Source: a bacterium (GTDB lineage Bacteria > Oederibacteriota > PGYV01 > Palsa-1178). From it: DNA of 25,424 bases. A program made the position numbers and the translations under genes. The stretch lies in contig JBAXIL010000025.1 in assembly GCA_037138355.1 (NCBI GenBank), forward strand, positions 1-25,424, given 5' to 3'. Within the stretch, counting starts at the first letter, position 1; each line of letters opens with the position of its first letter. Below the pieces are notes generated by a model that searched no databases, was not told the DNA's origin, and saw only the letters and a program-made list of their open reading frames with translations. Positions 18,032 through 25,424 of this stretch are shown piece after piece.

Positions 18032-18813
18032 GCGTAGCTCACCTTCACAAACACAGCATTATCTTTTATTTCTATGTTTGCTAACCTTACTTCATCACAA
18101 TTATAGTTTAAGCCAGCATCTACTATGCCACCAGCATAAACCACACCTGCTATTATTCCCCACATCAAAGCTGAGGTCCACGATTCCTTTGCTTGTGTAT
18201 ATGCTATATCTTGATTTTCATTTGTCCTTGAATACTTTTCATATTTTGTCTTTTCATCATTAACATTATATATAGCAAGACTCGCAGCAACTATGAAAAT
18301 GCTTCCATCTATAAAGCCCTTTGCTATTTGATTATTGTAAAACTGCCCCCAGCTCGGCAAAATAGCTGCGCGCCAAATAGAATCAAAAGGCTCTCTTACC
18401 ACCTTTACAGAAGTTCTTTTCTCTATTATGTTTTTATAGTAATCCATGAACTCCAAAGCATCTTTGTCTTTGCTATCATATTTTAATACAATTTTGAAAA
18501 CGCGATAAGCATAATTGTGATTATTGAGCTTGTAGTAACAAAATGCCATTTTTTTCCATGCTTTAACATTTTTTGGTTCAGCTTTTGTCACAGCATAAAA
18601 ATATTTGACAGCATTTGTATAATCGGCTTTATTGAAAAGCACATCCCCATATCTATAGTATTTTTCTGTCAGTGATAGGGCGCTGCTTACTGGTGCTACT
18701 ATATTTTGATTAATTGCTACATTATTGTTTATTTGTGTATTATCTTGACCTGTGGCTGCAAAGGCAGTAGATGCTATAAATAAAACAAAAACTAACAAAA
18801 ACTTTTTTTTCAT
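18025..18813 (-). CDS. Exported TPR-repeat protein with DUF5683-like membrane region
   Basis: Signal peptide from MKKKFLL (ATG 18813, SD GGAG), TPR motifs (YTNAVKYF..EPKNVKAW), AILPSWGQFYN..KG motif. Confidence 0.75.
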   Translation of the reverse strand: MKKKFLLVFVLFIASTAFAATGQDNTQINNNVAINQNIVAPVSSALSLTEKYYRYGDVLFNKADYTNAVKYFYAVTKAEPKNVKAWKKMAFCYYKLNNHNYAYRVFKIVLKYDSKDKDALEFMDYYKNIIEKRTSVKVVREPFDSIWRAAILPSWGQFYNNQIAKGFIDGSIFIVAASLAIYNVNDEKTKYEKYSRTNENQDIAYTQAKESWTSALMWGIIAGVVYAGGIVDAGLNYNCDEVRLANIEIKDNAVFVKVSYAW

Positions 18814-18926
18814 CTGCCTCTCCAAAGTTTTTTTCCACCCATATAACCCTCTATCACTATCTATACTTAATATATGCCATTTAAACACTCTAATGGCTGT
18901 TTGTCAATCATTGCGGTTATCTGTAA

Positions 18927-19376
18927 CTATTTCTTCTTTTTTATAACCAAAAAAAATAGAGTTCCAAAACCTATTATTATAAGAGCCAAAGAAATTATAT
19001 TTGCTCCCTTTTTCAAAATAAAGACGAGATATAAGACACCAAGCAAAAGAAGCGCAATCTGCATGACTAACCTGCCTGTCACGCTTGTGAATGCTTTTTG
19101 CATGGACAGTATTCTTCTCGCAGCAGGCGGCAAAGCGCTATCTGAGTTTATTTTACCCATACGATACTTAACTCTGCTTCTAAAACCGCCTTCAAGAAGA
19201 GAATTCAAACGCTGATTTTCTTTCTGTTTAGACATCACATCTTGCCACAAAAGCAATTCACGCTTACAAATCAGACATGTCTCTATATGTTTATCCATAG
19301 CCAATAGTTCTTCTTCCACATGAATCTCATGTGAAGCATATTCTTTAAGTTTTTTTCTAACTTCCTTACATTCCAT
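18927..19376 (-). CDS. zf-HC2 domain membrane protein (anti-sigma factor-like)
   Basis: MEC.EVR..L..Y and HIETCLIC (HxxxCxxC); two C-terminal TM helices; SD AGGA. Confidence 0.8.
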   Translation of the reverse strand: MECKEVRKKLKEYASHEIHVEEELLAMDKHIETCLICKRELLLWQDVMSKQKENQRLNSLLEGGFRSRVKYRMGKINSDSALPPAARRILSMQKAFTSVTGRLVMQIALLLLGVLYLVFILKKGANIISLALIIIGFGTLFFLVIKKKK

Positions 19377-19435
19377 TTTGTCCTACCTTTATGTTTGATC
19401 GCTCCAACCTTAAAATTTATAGTAAAGCAATTTTT

Positions 19436-19789
19436 TTATCCCAAACCCTCAAGTCTTATAATCAGTTTTTTGACTTCGTTTTTGTCAGTATTAAATCTTC
19501 TGATATACGACCTGTCTTTTTCTATCAATTGCACAAATTTTTTCAGTTCTTTCTCGCTTACTTTCAATCTTTTGATATAAGTGAGAAACTCTGGCATATT
19601 TTTAAAAACATATTCAAGCTCTAAGGATCTATTAAAATAATCTTTTGGACCTTTAAAATTACAAAGCATTAAGTTATGCACTATCTGAAAGTTTTCTACT
19701 GCTTTTTCTGTTTTTTCATAGTGCCAGCGGACTATGGCCTCTTGACTTTTTATTTTTTTATGGCAAAAATCACAATCAAAAGGTTTCAT
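19436..19789 (-). CDS. Hypothetical protein, 117 aa, possible Zn-binding (CxxC...H...C)
   Basis: Fills the gap co-directionally with neighbours; CDFC and VHNLMLC motifs. Confidence 0.6.
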   Translation of the reverse strand: MKPFDCDFCHKKIKSQEAIVRWHYEKTEKAVENFQIVHNLMLCNFKGPKDYFNRSLELEYVFKNMPEFLTYIKRLKVSEKELKKFVQLIEKDRSYIRRFNTDKNEVKKLIIRLEGLG

Positions 19790-19959
19790 TTCAGCAATAT
19801 AAATATTTTATATTATTTTTTTTCTTTGTAAACATTTGTTTTGTTTTCATATTGATGACTTTTCCTTTTCTTTCTAATTTTTCTTTTTTCTAAACCTTTT
19901 TACCACTTACACTACTAAAACTATGCTTTACTGACTTTGTTAGTTTTAACTAACTTGGT

Positions 19960-21051
19960 CTACTTTACTTTACCCTCATGTATTTTAAACTCTTTTGCCG
20001 CTTCAAAACCCCTAAGATTTTCTTTATATGTAGTCGTAATCAATATCTGCTTAAACAACGAGAATGTTTTTCCTATAAAACCTCTATTTGGTTCATCAAG
20101 CTCGGATGAGAAATCATCTAACAGAACTACAGGATAACTTCCCCTTTTTCTTTTAATCAAAAGACCTTCCGCCAACTTCATTAGTATAGTAGTGATTCTC
20201 TGTTGTCCTTCTGAAGCATAGCTCTTAGCAGCTTGATTATTATATGATATTTCTATATCATCCCTATGTGGACCTATGAGGGTTATGCTTCTGGCTATCT
20301 CATCTTCTATTTTTGCTTTAAAAAACTCAGTATAACAAGCTTTTAGCTCTTCAGGTGTGCCTGAAGTATAATTTTTAGATATATAAGTAAGCTTAACATC
20401 AAACTTTCCTTCTGTAAGTTCCTTTTTAAGTATTGTATTAAGTTCTTCTACTGCCGCATAACGCGCTAATAATAGCTTAATACCATTATCCATAACCATA
20501 TTGTTCCAAACATCCAGATTTTCTCGCTTGATTCTACCTTCCCTAATACCTTTAAGCAGATAGTTACGATGTGAAACCTCTTTATTATACTTCATAAGCG
20601 TCATAAAATACTCATTATCTATCTGGGATAACAAATCATCAAGAAAGCGGCGTCTAAGTGCTGGTTCTCCCTTTACAATCATAATGTTTTCTGGAGAAAA
20701 TAGCACTACAGGTATCATACCTACTATCATAGATACCTTAGCAAGCTTAGTTCCGTTTACTTTAAGGGATTTTTTTCTATTTATAGGATCATAATCTATC
20801 ATAAAGGTCTTTTCTATATCATTATCTACCGCATCTATGCTCACCTGTGCGTTTTCCCTGCCCTGCTTAACCATTATGGTGTCTTCAGCCGTTCTAAAAG
20901 ACCTTCCCATAGCAGTCCAGTATATAGCTTCCAGTATATTTGTCTTACCTGTACCATTTTCCCCAAAGAAAACATTAATTCCAGGTGTCAATGTGAGCTT
21001 TAAAGTATCATAGTTCCTAAAATTCTTAAGTTCCATTCTTTTTATATACAT
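19960..21051 (-). CDS. recF: DNA replication/repair protein RecF
   Basis: NFRNY, GENGTGKTNILEAI, RSFR, P..RRRFLD, GPHRDD, SEGQQR, LLDD..SELD; SD AGGAG. Confidence 0.97.
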   Translation of the reverse strand: MYIKRMELKNFRNYDTLKLTLTPGINVFFGENGTGKTNILEAIYWTAMGRSFRTAEDTIMVKQGRENAQVSIDAVDNDIEKTFMIDYDPINRKKSLKVNGTKLAKVSMIVGMIPVVLFSPENIMIVKGEPALRRRFLDDLLSQIDNEYFMTLMKYNKEVSHRNYLLKGIREGRIKRENLDVWNNMVMDNGIKLLLARYAAVEELNTILKKELTEGKFDVKLTYISKNYTSGTPEELKACYTEFFKAKIEDEIARSITLIGPHRDDIEISYNNQAAKSYASEGQQRITTILMKLAEGLLIKRKRGSYPVVLLDDFSSELDEPNRGFIGKTFSLFKQILITTTYKENLRGFEAAKEFKIHEGKVK

Positions 21052-21205
21052 ATAATCTCCTATTTATTAATTACTATACTTTAAAACAAGTTTGCACAGT
21101 TTTCAACTGCTAATTTAACCAATAGATATGCGTACAAATAGCTGTTTAAAATCACTTGATATTATATAAACCAAACACCTATATTATCTTCTTTTTAAGT
21201 TCTAT

Positions 21206-21221
21206 TGTTCTACGTGGAACA
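21206..21221. promoter_or_regulatory. parS site 1
   Basis: TGTTCTACGTGGAACA, 15/16 match to the parS palindrome TGTTCCACGTGGAACA. Confidence 0.8.
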
Positions 21222-21262
21222 TTTACATTCCGACGAATAATTTTTTTGTTTTCAAACTACAT

Positions 21263-21278
21263 TGTTCCACATGGAACA
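21263..21278. promoter_or_regulatory. parS site 2
   Basis: TGTTCCACATGGAACA, 15/16 match to TGTTCCACGTGGAACA. Confidence 0.8.
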
Positions 21279-21380
21279 TTTTGTAATAGTTTGTTTTGTC
21301 TAATAACTAAAAAAGTAATTAACATATACAATTAGAAGTTTAAAAATATATTATAAGTACCATAACCCCTAAAACTGTTT

Positions 21381-22100
21381 TTATAAGGGCTTTTTCTTTA
21401 TGGTTCCAAATAGTCTTGGATATTTGAAAGGTGTTTTCCACAGTTTATTCACAGTGACTAATGAATGATTTCCCATATCTTCTGGCAATACATAATCATA
21501 TATGTCGCCCAGTTCGCATCCTAAATCATTTAAACACTTCATATCTTTTGTTATCTCTGTTGCCTGCTTTGCACTTGCATAGTATACGACCTGTCCGCCT
21601 TGTTTTACCAACCCTACTGATAGCTCAAGCGCTACAGAAAAAGCCGCCAAAGCTCTCATAACAGCTAAATCAAAGGTTTCACGAAGTTGTCTGCTTTGAC
21701 TGATTTCCTCAGATCTGCCTTTAAGTATTGTTATATTCTTCAATCCGAGTGTTTCTCTCACCTGTTTGAGAAAGGATATTTTCTTTCCATTGGCATCACT
21801 TAAGAAAATTTGCTTTTCTGGATATATTATAGCCAGAGGAAGACCTGGAAAACCTGCCCCAGTACCTATGTCTACCATTGTTTGCCACGACTTACATTTG
21901 TTTGACTTGACTAACATGATAGAATCTAAGAAATGTTTTATTATTACTTCCCTATCATCGGTTATAGAAGTGAGATTAAACTTTTCATTCCATTCTTTTA
22001 AAAGTTCTAAGTATAAAGCAAACTTTCCTGCGATTTCATCTGTGCCTAATTGTCCATCCGACATACTTAGGTAATTTTTAATCATTTTTATATCTGCCAT
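21381..22100 (-). CDS. rsmG: 16S rRNA m7G527 methyltransferase (GidB)
   Basis: WN..FNLTSI, KHFLDS, DIGTGAGFPGLPL, KK..FL, R.E, TP.KYPR..G..KKKPL. Confidence 0.97.
   Translation of the reverse strand: MADIKMIKNYLSMSDGQLGTDEIAGKFALYLELLKEWNEKFNLTSITDDREVIIKHFLDSIMLVKSNKCKSWQTMVDIGTGAGFPGLPLAIIYPEKQIFLSDANGKKISFLKQVRETLGLKNITILKGRSEEISQSRQLRETFDLAVMRALAAFSVALELSVGLVKQGGQVVYYASAKQATEITKDMKCLNDLGCELGDIYDYVLPEDMGNHSLVTVNKLWKTPFKYPRLFGTIKKKPL
21434..21453 (+). promoter_or_regulatory. Tandem DnaA boxes inside the rsmG 3' end
   Basis: TTTTCCACA (21434-21442) and TTATTCACA (21445-21453), both perfect TTWTNCACA, 11-bp period. Confidence 0.55.
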
Positions 22101-22106
22101 ATACGG

Positions 22107-22135
22107 ATTATGACACGACCGACTTTATTCTTCAA
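22107..22135 (-). promoter_or_regulatory. Putative rsmG promoter (leaderless geometry)
   Basis: TTGAAG-N17-CATAAT with TGn extension, 6 nt before ATG, no SD. Confidence 0.6.
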
Positions 22136-22146
22136 GTTAAAAAGAC

Positions 22147-22175
22147 TTGCCCTATTTACTTACCTGCGTTATTAT
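22147..22175 (+). promoter_or_regulatory. Putative queA promoter
   Basis: TTGCCC-N17-TATTAT followed by SD AAGGAG. Confidence 0.5.
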
Positions 22176-22195
22176 TAAACAAAAGGAGAAATAAA

Positions 22196-23242
22196 ATGCG
22201 CGATGAAATTTTTAAACTTGAAAATTATGATTACATATTTCCTAAAGAGCTTATAGCACAGACGCCGCTTGCTGATAGGGCAGCATCTAAATTAATGATT
22301 TTAGATAAGCAGACCGGCAATATAACACACTCGACATTTTCTTCGATAATAGATTATATAAATCCTGGTGATTGTCTTGTAGTCAATGACACGAAAGTAA
22401 TTCCAGCTAACCTCGAAGGGAAGACAGAAAAAAATGGTTCTGCAATTAGCATACTGATTTTAGATAATCTGCATGCTAATGTCTGGGATGTTCTCATGAA
22501 AAACTCCCGTAGAGTCAAAGAAGGAGAGTTTGTACTTTTTTCAGAAGACATAAAACTTAAAGTCAAAAAGAAAAAAGGGAAGTTGGTAGAAGCAGAGTTT
22601 AATTTCGCACCTGAAGAACTTATTAAAAAATTATGGTTGGCAGGTTCTATGCCTTTACCTCCTTATATAAAGGAAGAGATTCGTAATAAAAAACATCGCG
22701 AGAGATATCAAACCGTTTATGCTTTAAATCAAGGTGCAGTGGCAGCTCCAACTGCCGGACTTCATTTTACACCTTCCTTATTAGCAGCACTTAAAGAAAA
22801 AGATATTAAAATAGCCCCAGTAACCCTACATGTAGGCCTTGGAACATTTGAATCAATAGAAACCCAGGACATAAGACAGCACAAAATGCACTCCGAAAAC
22901 TACGAAATCACCGAAACTTCTGCCAAAATCATAAATACTGCAATAAAATCAGGTAATAAAGTAATAGCCGTAGGAACTACTTCTATGAGAGTGCTTGAAT
23001 CAGCCTACCAAAACAAAAGGGAATTAACAGCCCAAAAGGGAGCTACTTCTATATATATATACCCCGGCTATGAGTTTAAGATAGTAAACCACCTAATTAC
23101 GAACTTTCATCTTCCAAAAACTTCTCTATTGGCATTGGTATCTGCCTTTGCCGGTTTAGAAAATATTAAGGCCGCCTATAAATCCGCAATAAATGATAAA
23201 TATAGATTGTTTTCTTATGGCGACTCAATGCTCATATTGTAA
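22196..23242 (+). CDS. queA: S-adenosylmethionine:tRNA ribosyltransferase-isomerase
   Basis: P.ELIAQ.P, NDTKVIPA, PLPPYI, YQTVYA, AAPTAGLHF, TLHVGLGTF, TNFHLPK, YRLFSYGD. Confidence 0.98.
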   Translation: MRDEIFKLENYDYIFPKELIAQTPLADRAASKLMILDKQTGNITHSTFSSIIDYINPGDCLVVNDTKVIPANLEGKTEKNGSAISILILDNLHANVWDVLMKNSRRVKEGEFVLFSEDIKLKVKKKKGKLVEAEFNFAPEELIKKLWLAGSMPLPPYIKEEIRNKKHRERYQTVYALNQGAVAAPTAGLHFTPSLLAALKEKDIKIAPVTLHVGLGTFESIETQDIRQHKMHSENYEITETSAKIINTAIKSGNKVIAVGTTSMRVLESAYQNKRELTAQKGATSIYIYPGYEFKIVNHLITNFHLPKTSLLALVSAFAGLENIKAAYKSAINDKYRLFSYGDSMLIL

Positions 23243-23337
23243 TATCCTATATTTGAAAGAATAGTTTCATCAACCATAATTCAAATTACCTATAACTGCC
23301 TATTTAAATCTCAAATTAGGTATATGTAATTTTTTAC

Positions 23338-23366
23338 TTGACTATTAACAGGTAATTTGTTAAGTT
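23338..23366 (+). promoter_or_regulatory. Putative promoter of the outer-membrane protein pair
   Basis: TTGACT-N17-TAAGTT with TGn extension. Confidence 0.45.
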
Positions 23367-23513
23367 TAAGTTAAGAAAATAAGAATATATAGTTAACCAC
23401 TAGCCGGGCTCATAAATTTACACAAAAATTTTAGTTTTTAGTAACTGGCGAAAATACAAAGATAAATAAAATAGTATATATTCATAATTATAATAACTTT
23501 AGGGGGTATGAGA

Positions 23514-24806
23514 ATGAAAAAAATTTTAGTTGTCTTAGCAGTGCTTTCACTTTTTGCAAGTATGGCAATGGCTTCAGAAACAAGAATTGAAGGTCTTGGA
23601 CTAAATAGTGATTTTGTTGATGGTCCTGGCATTTATTTCGGTCCTAACTCTTGGATGATTTCAGATGCTTCTAATGTAAATCTTTTCCCTGCAACAATAT
23701 TAAAATACCCAAAGCTTGCTGTTTTTGAATATAATGGAAGCGATCTTAATTCCTATGTCAATATGAAATTATTTGGTGGAGTGCTTGGTCTTTACACAAA
23801 CACCAATACCAATATTTACCTTCTTGAAAACAGTGTAAACTCAGGTGTACTTTATGGGCGCAACCTATCTGACATTATGTCAATTGCAGTCGGTGTCACT
23901 TACCAACAGTATCTTGACAAACAAGTAGAGAACTCAACAGAAGTTCCTGTTTCAAATAACAAAGATATATATGTCAATGAGTTTAGTAATGCCATCGGTA
24001 TTAACCTTGGTTTAAGTTTACTTGGTGACATACCTATGGATTTTGGTTTATCAGTAGCAATACCTCTTCTTGTAAATAATGAAGACACCTATTTTGATAC
24101 TGCTGGCGTTAAAACAGTGCTTGAACTGACAAAAGATTCTGGTATTCAAGCCAAACTCCGTGGTAAAGCAACTCTTGGAGATATGGCTGTAGGTCTTGGA
24201 GTTCAATTATATACAGATAAATATGAAGATATTAGTCAGCATTTTACGAGTACAGGAGCACTTAGTTATGATTGGTATCGTACAAACTATTATCAGAGTA
24301 TCATGGTTCAGCTCGGTACAGTAAAAACAATAAAGTTAGATAAAACAACAATCTTTGCTGGAACTCAGCTCGAAATGGCTTTCACCAATAATTATTGGGC
24401 AAATGGCTATGACAAAACTATTCAAATAAAAACTGACTCAACTGAATATTACGACGGCTTATGGATTAATGTACCTCTTATCATAGGAGCAGAAACTAAA
24501 ATAAATGATAACTGGACGCTAAGAGCTGGTGCAAGAAAAGCAATGTGGAACAATGATACATATAAAAACTTTTATAAAAACGCAGATGGAAAAATCACAA
24601 GTTCAGGCGATACCTACACCCAATCTAACACAAACGACCTCAATGTAAACTTCGGTGCTACTTTTGAAGTCTCTGCATTCTCAATTGACTTCCTTGTCAA
24701 TAAAGATCTTATCTTAAGCGGACCAGAGTTTATTACAGGTAAAGGTGCTTACGGAGACAACACAACTCCTTGGGCTTCAAAGATTGCTTTAAACTTTAAG
24801 TGGTAA
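23514..24806 (+). CDS. Probable outer-membrane beta-barrel protein (copy 1)
   Basis: Signal peptide ending AMA, amphipathic beta-strands, WTLRAGA, C-terminal IALNFKW; ATG 23514 fits SD AGGGGG better than 23508. Confidence 0.75.
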   Translation: MKKILVVLAVLSLFASMAMASETRIEGLGLNSDFVDGPGIYFGPNSWMISDASNVNLFPATILKYPKLAVFEYNGSDLNSYVNMKLFGGVLGLYTNTNTNIYLLENSVNSGVLYGRNLSDIMSIAVGVTYQQYLDKQVENSTEVPVSNNKDIYVNEFSNAIGINLGLSLLGDIPMDFGLSVAIPLLVNNEDTYFDTAGVKTVLELTKDSGIQAKLRGKATLGDMAVGLGVQLYTDKYEDISQHFTSTGALSYDWYRTNYYQSIMVQLGTVKTIKLDKTTIFAGTQLEMAFTNNYWANGYDKTIQIKTDSTEYYDGLWINVPLIIGAETKINDNWTLRAGARKAMWNNDTYKNFYKNADGKITSSGDTYTQSNTNDLNVNFGATFEVSAFSIDFLVNKDLILSGPEFITGKGAYGDNTTPWASKIALNFKW

Positions 24807-24834
24807 TTTAAAATAAAAAATTAGGAGAAAAAAA

Positions 24835-25424
24835 ATGAAAAAAGTTTTAGTGGTTTTTGCAGCTCTTGTTCTTTTCGCAAGTATGACAATGGCATATATG
24901 TCAGGGTCATCAGGAGTACGCCTTGAAGGTCTCGGACTTAACAGCGAACCATTTTATGCACCTGACTCTTGGATGGTTTCAGATGCAGCCAATGTAAATA
25001 TTTTTCCAGCAACAATTTTACAATACCCAAAGCTCGCTGTATTTGAGTACGCCGGTGGAGACCTTACTTCCTATGTTAATCTGGATTTACTTGGTGGAGT
25101 GGTCGGTCTTTACACCAACAACAACATCTACAGCAACATTGTCAACAACACAAACTCAGGAATTATTTATGGGCGCAACCTATCTGACACGATGTCAATT
25201 GGAGTAGGCATCACTTACCAACAGTATCTTGATAAACAGGTTCAAAACCCAACTGAAGATCCTGTTTCAACTGATAAAAATATATATGTCAATGAGTTTA
25301 GTAATGCTATCGGTATCAATCTTGGTTTAAGTTTACTTGGCGAAATACCTATGGATTTTGGACTATCGTTGACACTTCCGCTTCTTATCAATAACGAAGA
25401 CACCTATTTTAATCCTGCTGGAGA
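24835..25424 (+). CDS. Paralogous outer-membrane protein (copy 2), truncated by the window end; absent from the ORF track
   Basis: SD AGGAG, open frame to the window end: MKKVLVVFAALVLFASMTMA...RLEGLGLNS...SWMVSDAANVNIFPATILQYPKLAVFEY..., colinear with copy 1. Confidence 0.85.
   Translation, partial: MKKVLVVFAALVLFASMTMAYMSGSSGVRLEGLGLNSEPFYAPDSWMVSDAANVNIFPATILQYPKLAVFEYAGGDLTSYVNLDLLGGVVGLYTNNNIYSNIVNNTNSGIIYGRNLSDTMSIGVGITYQQYLDKQVQNPTEDPVSTDKNIYVNEFSNAIGINLGLSLLGEIPMDFGLSLTLPLLINNEDTYFNPAG

Noticed and set aside
21206..21278. TGTTC...GAACA dyads as LexA boxes or CRISPR repeats
   Set aside because: The 16-bp sequence matches parS; only two short copies and no cas genes.
572..24088. Many ORF-track entries opposite real genes (e.g. 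3058-3744, 7531-8016, 15502-15939, 16416-17024, 22354-22566, 23900-24088)
   Set aside because: Antisense shadows of well-supported genes, with Ser/Phe/Ile-rich composition and no recognisable motifs.
25114..25155. AAC-rich stretch in OMP copy 2 as a diversity-generating retroelement template repeat
   Set aside because: Differences from copy 1 include an indel and non-adenine positions, the stretch is inside an intact CDS, and no reverse transcriptase is in the window.

Overview
AT-rich bacterial chromosomal segment from a probable diderm (signal peptides, a lipoprotein, AsmA, beta-barrel-type proteins) that uses canonical sigma70 promoters and Shine-Dalgarno sites. The style of the Thr-rich, NYPNPF-tailed secreted protein recalls candidate lineages such as Goldbacteria, but this is inference only. 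Most of the window is housekeeping: ppnP, dinB, LOG, lepB, GNAT, amrA, tRNA-Ile2(CAU), CapA-like, AsmA, lexA-recA, aroE, pmbA, rsmE, recF, rsmG and queA. It also holds several unknown proteins and a tandem pair of paralogous outer-membrane proteins. I found no mobile element, CRISPR array or recognisable defence system. The best leads are non-coding or architectural: (1) an apparently leaderless lexA-recA operon whose consensus promoter is overlapped by a TATACA-N3-TGTATA palindrome, a candidate non-canonical SOS box; (2) two parS sites between rsmG and recF, plus two perfect DnaA boxes inside the rsmG coding sequence, suggesting an origin-proximal region lacking dnaA-dnaN; (3) a secreted protein with a lectin-like domain inserted inside a DUF11 domain and a T9SS-like tail; (4) an unknown 595-aa protein behind a repeat-rich, structured leader. 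All family assignments are from motif recognition, not database searches.
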